A stretch of 64,000 bases of DNA from Patescibacteria group bacterium (GCA_041665585.1 JBAYIN010000005.1:29622-93621); one strand, 5' to 3'. Positions 27,578 to 37,328 are shown, counted from the stretch's first letter. Program-made: numbers and translations. Notes: generated from the sequence alone by a model not told the origin.

Positions 27578-27961
27578 TTAATTTTTCAAAATTCGCGCGA
27601 CCGCTTCCGCGCAATTCGCCGGATCGAGAATTGTCAGGACAGGCGTGCCGCTCGGCATTTGCAGCGTCGAATGAATGTTGATGAGGTAGTCGTTTTTATC
27701 TTTGAAGGGCGGACAGGCCAGCACTGGCTTGCTCGAATTCGCCGCGACGACGCCGGAGAGCGCATTGCTGCGACCGGCAATCGTGACGAAGACAACTTTT
27801 TCTTTTTCAAATTTCGCGACAATATCTAGAACCTCGCGCGTTTTCTTGTGCGCCGAAGCGACGAAAGTCTCGTGCGGAATTTTGCGCTCATCGAGCGCAG
27901 CGATGATTTTGTCAGCGTGCGACTGATCGACTTCCGAACCGAGAATGAGAATGGCTTTCAT
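27578..27961 (-). CDS. purE: 5-(carboxyamino)imidazole ribonucleotide mutase / AIR carboxylase (short form)
   Basis: 127 aa. 'ILGSEVD', 'VASAHK', 'IAGRSNALSGVVAA' and 'PVLACPP' align with the PurE core. Confidence 0.8.
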   Translation of the reverse strand: MKAILILGSEVDQSHADKIIAALDERKIPHETFVASAHKKTREVLDIVAKFEKEKVVFVTIAGRSNALSGVVAANSSKPVLACPPFKDKNDYLINIHSTLQMPSGTPVLTILDPANCAEAVARILKN

Positions 27962-27962
27962 T

Positions 27963-28030
27963 TTAGGGGTTAGGGGTTAGGGGTTAGGGGTTAGGGGTTA
28001 GGGGTTAGGGGTTAGGGGTTAGGGGTTAGG
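27963..28030. repeat. (TTAGGGG) heptamer tandem array, 9 full units plus a partial
   Basis: Perfect 7-nt periodicity read directly from the sequence. The array starts 2 nt from the purE start codon (27961..27959, minus strand). Confidence 0.95.
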
Positions 28031-28262
28031 ATTAAGAAGTAAGTATTAAGTATTAAATCATAATTCATAATTCATCATTCTGAACTTTATCTCTCCGGCT
28101 TCTATTTTATCTTTCCCACCCTCGCTGTCATTGCGAGCGACCGAAGGGAGCGACGCAATCTCGGCCTTTCTTGTCATCCCACCTCTTTTGTCTTTTACAC
28201 TTTTTTCTTTTCATTCCCGCCCTCTTTTGTCTTTCCCGCGAAAGCGGGAATCCATACAATAA

Positions 28263-28520
28263 CTAATTTTCATTCTTCCGAAAGGCAAAAACTATTAAAC
28301 GGATGATAATAAATACAAAATAGGCTGCAAATGCATAAGAAACACCATCACTTGGTACAAGACCACCCTGACTAATTCCAAGGGTGGGCATTATGTAAAA
28401 ATTTAAAGCTAACCCAAAAAGAGAAAAAATGATAAAGATAATAAATTCACGAGCAAATAAAACTGAGAGACTAAGTTCTCGCGAATTAGCTGATTTCGAA
28501 GATAATTTATCTTTTTTCAT
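28263..28520 (-). CDS. Small membrane protein (AT-rich orphan)
   Basis: 85 aa with two hydrophobic helices. AT-rich codon usage unlike the flanking pur genes. Confidence 0.45.
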   Translation of the reverse strand: MKKDKLSSKSANSRELSLSVLFAREFIIFIIFSLFGLALNFYIMPTLGISQGGLVPSDGVSYAFAAYFVFIIIRLIVFAFRKNEN

Positions 28521-28529
28521 ATTTTGAAG

Positions 28530-28922
28530 TTATCTTTCAGGAAAATATTTCTCTTTGATTGAATTGAACTTCTCAACGCTGTTTTCACATGAGCTACGGA
28601 GCTCAGTTTTATCTTTTATGCAATTATAAACTGTGGGGCTTGAAGCTATTAATTTATAAGTAAGAACATCCTCAATGTTATCGCTGATAACAAACCCTGT
28701 ATCTTGTTGATAATTTGAGTAAAGTATTAAGCAGCTTTTATCAGATTCAGAATAATTTACTTCTGTTAAGACAACACGAATAGACTGAGAATTATTTTTT
28801 AACTCTTCTATTCTTTCATCTGCCAATTCTTTACACTTTATTTTTTCATCTAAAAAGCTTTGCTGATTTCCACAACCAACGAGGAAAAGAGTTAGCGCGA
28901 AAGCAGCGAATATCTTTTTCAT
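28530..28922 (-). CDS. Lipoprotein (AT-rich orphan)
   Basis: 130 aa. Signal peptide with lipobox 'LFLVGC'. Its start overlaps the purC stop by 4 nt. Confidence 0.5.
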   Translation of the reverse strand: MKKIFAAFALTLFLVGCGNQQSFLDEKIKCKELADERIEELKNNSQSIRVVLTEVNYSESDKSCLILYSNYQQDTGFVISDNIEDVLTYKLIASSPTVYNCIKDKTELRSSCENSVEKFNSIKEKYFPER

Positions 28923-29902
28923 CTTTCAGGAAAATACTGGCGCAGATTGGAGCGAATTCTTTCTTTGACGGGGATGCCGATTGCCGGCAGTTTGAATTCT
29001 TGACCCGTGACGGTTTCGAAAAGATTGATGTATTTCTGGGAAAACTCGACTAAGACATCGTCAGGAATCTTCGGAATCTCGTCTTTGTAAGGATCACACT
29101 GCGCGCGAATCCAGAGACGGAGAAATTCTTTATCGAGCGATTCGGGCTCTTCGCCGCGCGCGTGTTTCGCCTCGTAAGAATTCGCGAGCCAATAGCGCGA
29201 CGAATCGGGCGTGTGAATTTCATCGGCGAGCGTGATCACACCAGCACGGTCGAGACCGAATTCGTATTTCGTGTCGACGAGAATCAAGCCATTTTTCGCC
29301 GCAATCTCCTTACCGCGCGCGAAAAGTGCGAGTGAAATCCATTCGAGCTCGTCCCACTGCTGACGCGTCACGAGTCCGCCTTCGATCAGGAATTCCGGTG
29401 CGACGGAAATATCGTGCGTGCCATCAAGCGGTTTCGTCGAAGGGGTGAGAATCGTCTTCGGCAGCTTCGCGTTTTTCGAAAGTCCCTCCGGCAGAGCATT
29501 GCCACAAAATTCGCGCGCGCCTTGGCGGTATGCCGTCCAGACCGAAGTGTCCGTCGAGCCAGTCAGATAATCACGGACGACGACTTCGACCGGCAGCATT
29601 TTTAATTTTTTCGCGACGACGACATTCGGATCGGGATATTCGAGCGCGTGATTCGGACAAATGTCCGCCGTTTTTTCGAACCAAAATTTCGCCGTCTGCG
29701 TCAGCACTTGACCCTTGAATGGCACTGCCGCGAGCACTTTGTCGAAAGCGGATTGCCGATCGGTCGAGATGAGAATTCTCCGCCGGTCAGCCAAATCATA
29801 ATTTTCCCGGACTTTGCCACGGTAATAATTTGGCAGCTCAGAAAACTCGCACTCGACCAAAGCCAGTGGGATTTGGGAGCGAATGATTTTTGGGTCAATC
29901 AT
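28919..29902 (-). CDS. purC: Phosphoribosylaminoimidazole-succinocarboxamide (SAICAR) synthase, long form
   Basis: 'YRGKVRENYDL', 'LISTDRQSAFD', 'LILVDTKYEFG'. The start is taken at the ATG at 29902 (MIDPKII). The tracked ORF extends to a TTG at 29938. Confidence 0.85.
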   Translation of the reverse strand: MIDPKIIRSQIPLALVECEFSELPNYYRGKVRENYDLADRRRILISTDRQSAFDKVLAAVPFKGQVLTQTAKFWFEKTADICPNHALEYPDPNVVVAKKLKMLPVEVVVRDYLTGSTDTSVWTAYRQGAREFCGNALPEGLSKNAKLPKTILTPSTKPLDGTHDISVAPEFLIEGGLVTRQQWDELEWISLALFARGKEIAAKNGLILVDTKYEFGLDRAGVITLADEIHTPDSSRYWLANSYEAKHARGEEPESLDKEFLRLWIRAQCDPYKDEIPKIPDDVLVEFSQKYINLFETVTGQEFKLPAIGIPVKERIRSNLRQYFPER

Positions 29903-29991
29903 GGTAGTTGGTAGTTGGTCGCAAGATGATTTTAGCAAATTGCTTTTTCAAGCCAGATTTTTTAGAATCCGCCCTTCTATTTTTTTCTCCA

Positions 29992-30168
29992 ATGTCAAAA
30001 CCGAAACATCTCGATCAAATTCTAAGCATTTGTTGCACGGCTGGAATTGAAGCAGGTGTGGATAAATTCGTGAAACCAATTCAGGAAATCGCTCGCGCTG
30101 CTCTCGCGGAGAAATTTGGCGAAAAACAAGAACCGCAATCAGGGCGAGAAAACCCCAAAAAAAATTGA
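29992..30168 (+). CDS. Small hypothetical protein
   Basis: 58 codons from the ATG at 29992 within tracked ORF 29908..30168. No motif recognised. Confidence 0.25.
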   Translation: MSKPKHLDQILSICCTAGIEAGVDKFVKPIQEIARAALAEKFGEKQEPQSGRENPKKN

Positions 30169-30275
30169 TTTCAGAAAAGTTTTCTTGTAAAATGCTCGCG
30201 AACTCGAATCAATTTAGATTCGGGCATTTTTCCGGAACCATCCTAAATTCCAAATCCTATCCCCTACCCCCTAAT

Positions 30276-31430
30276 ATGAATTCCAACCCTCAAAACTTCG
30301 CCGCCGCGATCAATCAGCTTTGCGACGAGAAAAAGATCGAAGCCGAAGCCGTGTTTGAAGCGGTCGAAGAAGCGATCAAAGCCGCTTACCGCAAAGATTT
30401 CGGCAACCGCGACCAAAATCTCGAGGTCATTCTCGACCGCATAACCGGTAAGACGAATGTCTTGCTTGTCAAAAAAATCGTCGACAAAGTCGAAAATCCG
30501 CAGGCAGAAATTTCCGTCGAGGACGCGCAGATGATTAAAAAAGGCTTGAAAGCTGGCGCGAAAATTAAAATCGATGTGACACCATTCGACTACGGACGCA
30601 TCGCTTCGCAGAGTGCGAAACAAGTCATTATTCAAAAAATTCAGGATGCTGAACGCCAGGCGATTTACGCAGAATACACCGATCGCGAAGACGAACTTTT
30701 GAATGCTTTGGTGCACCGCGTCGATGGTCGCTTCGTCCATTTGGAATTGGACCGCACCACGGCGATTCTCGAACCGCGCGACCAGATTCCCCGCGAGCGT
30801 TATCAGCAAGGTCAGCGCATCAAAGTTTACTTGGAAAAAGTCGAGCTCACGACGCGTGGCTCGATGCTCAAAGTCAGCCGCACGCATCCGAGAATGATTT
30901 TCCGCTTGATGGAGCTCGAAATTCCGGAAGTCAGGAATGGCACGGTCGTCGTGAAGAAAATCGCGCGCGAGGCTGGGATTCGCTGCAAAATCGTGGTGGA
31001 TTCGACTGATGCGAATGTCGATCCAGTCGGCGCGTGCGTCGGTCAACGCGGCGTGCGTATTCAGAATATCACCGACGAGGTGAATGGTGAGCGCATCGAT
31101 GTGATTGAATTTTCAGAGGATTTCGAGACGATGCTGAAGGAAGTTTTGTCCCCGGCGAAGCTTGATCATTTCGTGAAACACGACGACGAAAAACGCGTCG
31201 AAGTCTATGTCGCGGAAGATCAGCGCGCACTCGCGATCGGCAAATCTGGTCAAAATGTGCGACTGGCTGGTGAGATCTTGGGCTGGGATATCGACATTTT
31301 GAACACGGCGGAGCTCGCCGGTGAAGTCGCCGTCGAAGATTCCGAAGCCAAAAAACCAGCTGAAGCAGAGACAACCGCCGAAAAAGCTGTTGCCGAAAAA
31401 TCGGAACCAGCGGAAAAAACTGAGAATTAG
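30276..31430 (+). CDS. nusA: Transcription termination/antitermination factor NusA
   Basis: N-terminal 'AINQLCDEKKIEAEAVFEAVEEAIKAAY'. S1 domain. KH GxxG 'GACVGQRGVRIQ' and 'AIGKSGQNVRLA'. The start is taken at the ATG at 30276. Confidence 0.9.
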   Translation: MNSNPQNFAAAINQLCDEKKIEAEAVFEAVEEAIKAAYRKDFGNRDQNLEVILDRITGKTNVLLVKKIVDKVENPQAEISVEDAQMIKKGLKAGAKIKIDVTPFDYGRIASQSAKQVIIQKIQDAERQAIYAEYTDREDELLNALVHRVDGRFVHLELDRTTAILEPRDQIPRERYQQGQRIKVYLEKVELTTRGSMLKVSRTHPRMIFRLMELEIPEVRNGTVVVKKIAREAGIRCKIVVDSTDANVDPVGACVGQRGVRIQNITDEVNGERIDVIEFSEDFETMLKEVLSPAKLDHFVKHDDEKRVEVYVAEDQRALAIGKSGQNVRLAGEILGWDIDILNTAELAGEVAVEDSEAKKPAEAETTAEKAVAEKSEPAEKTEN

Positions 31431-31445
31431 TTTAAGCTAACGCCG

Positions 31446-31664
31446 ATGCCAAAAGTTAATCTGAAAAATGTCGTCTGGAAGGAAGGCAAATATTTTGTCG
31501 CTCTTTCACTAAACACAAATGTTTCAAGTTTCGGCAAAACGCGAAAAGAAGCCTTGGAAAGTTTGCAAGAAGCTCTTGAGTTATATTTCGAAAACGAAAC
31601 CAATCTGACTTTCAATAAAGTCGAGCGACCTGATATCGTGCAATCTTCGCTGCAATATGCCTAG
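31446..31664 (+). CDS. hicB: HicB-family antitoxin
   Basis: 72 aa. 'WKEGKYFVALSLNTNVSSFGKTRKEALESLQEALELYFE'. Overlaps hicA by 8 nt. Confidence 0.6.
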   Translation: MPKVNLKNVVWKEGKYFVALSLNTNVSSFGKTRKEALESLQEALELYFENETNLTFNKVERPDIVQSSLQYA

Positions 31665-31872
31665 CCCAATCCCTTTAAAATTGTTGCTCCGGGTTATCGG
31701 AAAAAATGGTTTTGTCTTAATCTCGCAAAAAGGCAGCCATGCAAAATTTCGCAAAAAAAGTAATCCTCCACTCACTACGATTGTCAAAATGAGCGAGAAA
31801 GAAATTCCATTTGGTACTTTTCGAGCGATTTTGCAGCAAACTAATCTGACTGAAAAAGATTTCAGAAAATGA
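31657..31872 (+). CDS. hicA: HicA-family mRNA interferase toxin
   Basis: 71 aa. 'GFVLISQKGSHAKFRK' is the HicA signature. Its stop overlaps the aroE start (ATGA). Confidence 0.75.
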   Translation: MPSPIPLKLLLRVIGKNGFVLISQKGSHAKFRKKSNPPLTTIVKMSEKEIPFGTFRAILQQTNLTEKDFRK

Positions 31873-32675
31873 AAAAATTCGGAATTCTCGCCTACCCCGC
31901 CGGACACTCGCTCTCGCCCGCGATGCATCGAGCGGCGTTTCGCGAACTTGGCATCGATGCGACTTACGATTTTTTTGAAATTCCGCCAGAGCAATTAGCA
32001 GAATTTTTCAAAGAAAAAGTACGCACACACGCCATCGACGGACTGTCCGTCTCGATTCCGCACAAAGTCGCGGTCATACCTTTGCTCGACGAGATCGAAG
32101 ATTCCGCGCGCAAAATCGGCGCAGTGAATACGGTTTTCTGGCGCGATGAAAAACTCGTCGGCGCGAACACTGATTGGCTGGGATTTTTGCAGGCTTTCGA
32201 CCGACCGATTGAAGATAAAAAGGTCGTGGTCTTGGGTGGCGGCGGCGCGGCACGCGCGCTGGTTTTCGCCCTGCTGGAGAAAAAGTGCGCGGTGACTGTC
32301 GTGACACGCGAAGCCTGGGAATTCGAAGCAATCCAAAAAGATTTTGGCAGCGCGACGGATTTCATCACGAACCTCGCGAACTACAATCCCGATATTTTGG
32401 TGAATACCACGCCGCTCGGAATGAAAGGCGCTTTCGAGGGCAAAAGCTTCGTTGACCCAAATTGGTTTGTAAGTCATAAACCACTCGTCTTTGACATTGT
32501 TTATAATCCACGCGAAACGCAACTTCTGAAAGACGCACGCAGTGCCGGTTGCGAAACGATTGAAGGACTAAAAATGCTGGTCAATCAAGCTGTCGCTCAA
32601 TTCGAAAAGTTCACCGGCGCAACCGTCAAATTCGAAAAAATGTGGGATGCGGCGCTCGCCGAACTCGCGAAATAA
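31869..32675 (+). CDS. aroE: Shikimate dehydrogenase
   Basis: 268 aa. 'GHSLSPAMHRAAF', 'GLSVSIPHK', 'NTDWLGF', 'VLGGGGAARA'. Confidence 0.9.
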   Translation: MKKFGILAYPAGHSLSPAMHRAAFRELGIDATYDFFEIPPEQLAEFFKEKVRTHAIDGLSVSIPHKVAVIPLLDEIEDSARKIGAVNTVFWRDEKLVGANTDWLGFLQAFDRPIEDKKVVVLGGGGAARALVFALLEKKCAVTVVTREAWEFEAIQKDFGSATDFITNLANYNPDILVNTTPLGMKGAFEGKSFVDPNWFVSHKPLVFDIVYNPRETQLLKDARSAGCETIEGLKMLVNQAVAQFEKFTGATVKFEKMWDAALAELAK

Positions 32676-32742
32676 ATTTGCAAAAACGAGACTGTCCGAG
32701 TAAAATCCGCGCTACTCGCCCGTTTTCATTTCCCGATTTTTT

Positions 32743-33897
32743 ATGGCAAAAACACGCAAATTTATCATTCAGCCGACTGATGACGAGCTGAAGAACTTCC
32801 CCAAGGCTGCGCGGGAATTGATCGTGAAAGGTCGCCAGCAGCGTTTTGTCACGCACCAAGAAATTGAATCGGCTCTTCCGCCAATCGAGGAAAATTTGGA
32901 ATTGCACGACGATTTCGCGGAAGTTTTGCAAAATCTCGGTGTCGAAATTGTCGATCAAAAAAAGTCGATTGACTGGCGCAAGAAGACAACCGGCGATAAA
33001 GAGGGCGACACTGAAGATGAGAAAAGCCTGAGAAAAAAGGAGAAAAAAGAGAAAAAATTCACCGACCTGAGTGAGATTGCCGGTGATTCGATTCGCATGT
33101 ATCTGAGCGAAATCGGACGCGTCCCACTGCTCTCAGCCTCTGAGGAAATCGAGCTGGCGAAACGCATCGCCAAAGGCGACCAAGGTGCGAAGCAGAGTCT
33201 CGCTGAGGCGAATCTCCGTCTCGTCGTCTCCATCGCGAAGAAATACATCGGCCGTGGTTTGTCGTTTTTGGATTTGATTCAAGAGGGCTCCATCGGCCTG
33301 TTCCGCGCCGTCGAGAAATTCGACCCGAGCCGCGGTTTCAAATTCTCGACTTACGCGACTTGGTGGATTCGCCAAGCCATCACCCGCGCCATCGCCGACC
33401 AATCCCGCACGATTCGTATTCCGGTGCACATGGTCGAGACAATCAATAAATTGACGCACACGCAACGACGGTTGGTCCAAGAACTCGGGCGTGAACCGAC
33501 GGCAGACGAGATCGCGGCGGAAATGGATTTGGATGTGAAGAAAGTCCGCCACATTTTGAAAATCAGCCAAGACATCGTGTCGCTCGAAGCGCCTGTCGGC
33601 GCCGAAGAAGATTCGAAATTGGAAGACTTCATCGAGGACGAGCAATCGCTCGCTCCCAATGAAGCTGCCAATCGCCAGCTCATCAACGAAGCCATCGCAG
33701 ACATGCTGCGTTTCCTCACGCCGCGTGAACGCAAAATTGTCAAAATGCGTTTCGGACTCGGCGACGGCATCGGACACACTCTCGAAGAAGTCGGCAAAGA
33801 ATTCGGCGTGACCCGCGAGCGCATTCGCCAAATCGAAGCGAAAGTTCTGCAGAAGTTGAAAGATCACCCTGCGGCGAGCCGGATTCGAAATTTCTGA
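32743..33897 (+). CDS. rpoD: RNA polymerase primary sigma factor (sigma-70)
   Basis: Region 2 '[27 protein letters not shown]'. Region 4.2 '[20 protein letters not shown]'. Confidence 0.95.
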   Translation: MAKTRKFIIQPTDDELKNFPKAARELIVKGRQQRFVTHQEIESALPPIEENLELHDDFAEVLQNLGVEIVDQKKSIDWRKKTTGDKEGDTEDEKSLRKKEKKEKKFTDLSEIAGDSIRMYLSEIGRVPLLSASEEIELAKRIAKGDQGAKQSLAEANLRLVVSIAKKYIGRGLSFLDLIQEGSIGLFRAVEKFDPSRGFKFSTYATWWIRQAITRAIADQSRTIRIPVHMVETINKLTHTQRRLVQELGREPTADEIAAEMDLDVKKVRHILKISQDIVSLEAPVGAEEDSKLEDFIEDEQSLAPNEAANRQLINEAIADMLRFLTPRERKIVKMRFGLGDGIGHTLEEVGKEFGVTRERIRQIEAKVLQKLKDHPAASRIRNF

Positions 33898-34087
33898 AGA
33901 AGCTCGAGATGTTCGATCGCTCACCGCCATTAGAGAATTCAAGCTCTCGCAGGATTGTTCTAAATGAAATCAAAAAGCAGCTTTAAATTATTGCTCAAAG
34001 CGAGTGCCTGTGCGAAAATCGCCTTCGCTCAAAATAATTACAGTTCGAACAACTCGAACATTTTGAACAGCTAGAACTTCTTACTCT

Positions 34088-35503
34088 GTGAATCCCAAAA
34101 AAAGCATCCTAACTGTCGCTCCCCACTCGCTCGAAGCTGAACGCGGCGTGCTCGGTAGTCTTTTGATTGATAAAAATGCGATGATTCGTATCGCGGATTT
34201 GATTAATGCGGAAGATTTTTACGAGCCGCGCCATGAGAAAATTTACGCTGCGGTTGTCGAACTTTTCGTCAGTCACGCGCCAATCGATCTACTGACGCTA
34301 TCGCAGAAATTGAGCGACCGGAAAATCTTGAAAGATATCGGCGGACGCGGCTATCTCGCCGAACTGACCGAGGAAACTCCGACCGCGAGCCACATTCACG
34401 AGTACGCGAAGATCGTGAAAGAGAAGTCAACGCTGCGCAGATTGCTTTCGACTGGTCGAGAAATTTCCGGCTACGCGCTGGAAGAAGGCGGCGACACAAA
34501 TATCTTGCTCGAGAAAGCCGAGCAAAGCCTTTTTAAAGTCACGCAAAATCTAATCAAAGATAAATTCATTTCGATTCGTGAGGTGTTGCAATCGCGCTTC
34601 GATGAATTTGCCGAGCTGCACGATGCGGAAGACAAAGACGCGATTCGCGGCGTGGCGACCGGTTTTCGCGCAATTGATAATCTGCTTTCCGGCATGAAAG
34701 CCGCGGACTTCGTGATTATCGCCGCGCGACCGTCGATGGGTAAGACTGCACTCGCACTGAATATCTCGCAAAATGTCGCGCTTCGTGCCGCCAAAAAAGT
34801 CGGCTTCCTCTCGCTCGAAATGTCGCGCGAACAACTCGTCGATCGTATGTTCGCTTCGCTGCTCGGCGTTGATTCTTGGCGCTTGCACAAAGGCAAATTG
34901 ACCGACGAGGAATTTGCGCGCATCGGCGGCGTGATGGACGAGCTCTCGAAAGCGAATTTTTATATCGACGATTCTGTCGGCTCGAGCGTGATGGAAGTCC
35001 GTGCGAAAGCGCGTCGTCTGCAAATGGAAAATGGTCTCGATATTTTGATCGTGGATTATTTGCAATTGATGAGCTGCGAGTCGAATGCTTGGGCGGGCAA
35101 TCGCGTACAGGAAATTGGTGAGATTTCGCGCAGCCTGAAATCGCTCGCCCGTGAATTGAAAATTCCAATCATCGCACTCAGCCAGCTCAGCCGCGCCGTC
35201 GAAAATCGTCCGGGCAAGATTCCGCAGCTCGCCGACCTGCGTGAGTCGGGCGCGATCGAGCAAGATGCCGATGTCGTGATGATGATGTACCGTGAAGATT
35301 ATTACGAAGAGGATTCCAGCCGTCCGGGTATGACTGACATTTTCATTCGTAAAAATAGAAACGGCCCGACCGGTCGCGCCGAATTAATGTTTAAAAAAGA
35401 GCAAATGCGCTTCTTCGACATTGAGAAAGCGAAAAAAGGCGGCTCGGCTCTTTCTGCACCTGCACCAGAATTCGAGACGGCGAATCTGCTTGACGACTTT
35501 TGA
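34088..35503 (+). CDS. dnaB: Replicative DNA helicase DnaB
   Basis: GTG start. 'PHSLEAERGVLGSLL'. Walker A 'ARPSMGKTA'. 'VDYLQLM', 'ALSQLSR'. Confidence 0.95.
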   Translation: MNPKKSILTVAPHSLEAERGVLGSLLIDKNAMIRIADLINAEDFYEPRHEKIYAAVVELFVSHAPIDLLTLSQKLSDRKILKDIGGRGYLAELTEETPTASHIHEYAKIVKEKSTLRRLLSTGREISGYALEEGGDTNILLEKAEQSLFKVTQNLIKDKFISIREVLQSRFDEFAELHDAEDKDAIRGVATGFRAIDNLLSGMKAADFVIIAARPSMGKTALALNISQNVALRAAKKVGFLSLEMSREQLVDRMFASLLGVDSWRLHKGKLTDEEFARIGGVMDELSKANFYIDDSVGSSVMEVRAKARRLQMENGLDILIVDYLQLMSCESNAWAGNRVQEIGEISRSLKSLARELKIPIIALSQLSRAVENRPGKIPQLADLRESGAIEQDADVVMMMYREDYYEEDSSRPGMTDIFIRKNRNGPTGRAELMFKKEQMRFFDIEKAKKGGSALSAPAPEFETANLLDDF

Positions 35504-35621
35504 TAGTTAATAGTTCGTAGCTAGTAGTTCATAGTTTTTTTATTAGAAGTTCAAAAACCGCCAAACAGTTGGCAGAAAAAATGTTTTTTAGTTAAACTTT
35601 CGCGGATTTTTAAAACTTCGT

Positions 35622-35696
35622 GGGGCCATCGTCTAGTGGTTAGGACGCCAGGTTTTCATCCTGGTAACAGGGGTTCGATTCCCCTTGGCCCTACCA
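35622..35696 (+). tRNA. tRNA-Glu: tRNA-Glu (anticodon TTC), CCA encoded
   Basis: Acceptor ggggcca/tggccct (G-U at 1:72). Anticodon arm ccagg-ttTTCat-cctgg. T-arm agggg-ttcgatt-cccct. Confidence 0.9.
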
Positions 35697-35717
35697 AACA
35701 TCAATAAAAAAATAATT

Positions 35718-37328
35718 TCAGTACTTAAGAGTAATTCCACTTAATGTTGTTTTGTCATACGGATATGAGGAGACATCTACTCCCCAGCTGATACCATTGG
35801 TGATGCCATCACTCCAAATAAATCCGCCCGGGTTGTTTTCTGCGCCGAGACTGATGCTTGGCGTAAGCATGTCATCTGTTCCAGCTTGATCGACGATAAG
35901 CTTCATCGTGTCAGCCTGTAGTATTAAAGTTCTATTAGTGTCTTTTGCTATCTCGAAAGCCGGGCTGAGTGTGAAAGTGACCGAACCACTTGATGAATTG
36001 GTCAGTGTAATGCTGCTCGTAGCTATGGTACTACCACCCTCTTTGAGATAGACGGTTAAGCCATTACCTTGTTCCAAATTAAAACTGCCGTCCGAGCTAA
36101 GATTCACAGTCAATGATTCAAGGAGTACTTTGCCATTGTTCGCCGAGACGCTGAATATGAAAATACCGTCCGAAGCAGTAACCGAACGACTTCCGCTTGG
36201 GCTACTAGACGAGAGACCTACGGTTGGTTGGCTGACATATAAGTTCTTCTTACATATGCCGTCTTTTTCTTTATATCCATCATCACAGCTTTTAATCGTG
36301 CAAGCACTCCATAAGCGTGTGGCAGTATTCCATGTCTGCTCACCAGTTCCGTATTCCACATCACAGCTGCGCACATTCGGCACACAAGCATCATTCTCTA
36401 CATGATAAATAGCATTACAGCTCGTAAGCACACATGAGCTCCACGATGAGCCATTCCATGTTTGCCGACCTGCCCCATTTTCTATTGTACAATTACGCGG
36501 ACTAGATGGTTGGTTGATGGTGTTTGAACTACTGGGCTGGCTGTCCGTAGTGGTATTATTAGAATTATCCAACACAGGGTTAATAACATTCGTGATATGT
36601 GTCGAGCTATCAATGTAGGTATTCCCAGTGATGAGAGTGTCAACATGCTCTACATGCACGATAGGCATATTGATTGCAGTTTCAATGATAGATGGGCTGA
36701 AAGTCTCAACATTGACATTTTTCACGGCGATGCTGCGAAAAATGTTTTCTGCCACGCCACCGCGTGCCATCGCACCTGCTGGCTCGAAATTACTGCCTGT
36801 CTCCTCCAATAATCCGCGATCTTTTGCTACTGACACGAATGGTGTATACCACGCATCTTCTTCCGTATCAGCAAAAGGGACAACCGAGACTTGTTCTGGC
36901 ACAGTGAAACCGTAGACATTTAGAATCATTTTTAAACTCTCTACTTTTGAGACTATGCGTGCCGGCTGGAAAGTACCGTCGGGATAACCTGAAACCCAAC
37001 CTACTTCTTTAGCGTAGCAGACATATGGTGCAAACCACTCGTTTCCAACATCTGGGAAACAATGGCTGTATTCGTTAGCGTCAGGAGTGATGCCCTGTCC
37101 TTCGACCAGTACTTTGATAAGCTCTGCCCTATTGATTCTATTCTGCGGTTTGAATGTGCCATCGCCATAGCCGTTTATCACACCATTTTCTTGTAGATAA
37201 TCAATGGCAATCTTGTTTGGATTGTTCGCAGCTACATCTGGGAATGCGCTACTCTCCGCAAAAGTAAGAGATGTCGTAAAAATAGTGATTACGGCGAACG
37301 ATAATATGATGGTGGTGCGGAGAGACAT
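35718..37328 (-). CDS. SLH-domain cell-surface protein with Cys-rich repeats
   Basis: Signal peptide. Three SLH repeats ('FPDV...YLQENGVINGYGDGTFKP', 'GYPDGTFQP'). Repeated 'C..E.G.G.QTWN...WS.C...SC' modules. Confidence 0.75.
   Translation of the reverse strand: MSLRTTIILSFAVITIFTTSLTFAESSAFPDVAANNPNKIAIDYLQENGVINGYGDGTFKPQNRINRAELIKVLVEGQGITPDANEYSHCFPDVGNEWFAPYVCYAKEVGWVSGYPDGTFQPARIVSKVESLKMILNVYGFTVPEQVSVVPFADTEEDAWYTPFVSVAKDRGLLEETGSNFEPAGAMARGGVAENIFRSIAVKNVNVETFSPSIIETAINMPIVHVEHVDTLITGNTYIDSSTHITNVINPVLDNSNNTTTDSQPSSSNTINQPSSPRNCTIENGAGRQTWNGSSWSSCVLTSCNAIYHVENDACVPNVRSCDVEYGTGEQTWNTATRLWSACTIKSCDDGYKEKDGICKKNLYVSQPTVGLSSSSPSGSRSVTASDGIFIFSVSANNGKVLLESLTVNLSSDGSFNLEQGNGLTVYLKEGGSTIATSSITLTNSSSGSVTFTLSPAFEIAKDTNRTLILQADTMKLIVDQAGTDDMLTPSISLGAENNPGGFIWSDGITNGISWGVDVSSYPYDKTTLSGITLKY

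Noticed and set aside
27963-28030. The TTAGGGG array as a chromosome telomere or linear-replicon end
   Set aside because: The array is internal to the window and is flanked on both sides by ordinary genes (purE and purC). There is only one array and it is not at a sequence terminus.
30264-31046. 260-aa minus-strand ORF
   Set aside because: It is a shadow ORF antisense to nusA and has no motifs.
33133-33942. 269-aa minus-strand ORF
   Set aside because: It is a shadow ORF antisense to rpoD, which has unambiguous sigma-70 motifs on the plus strand.
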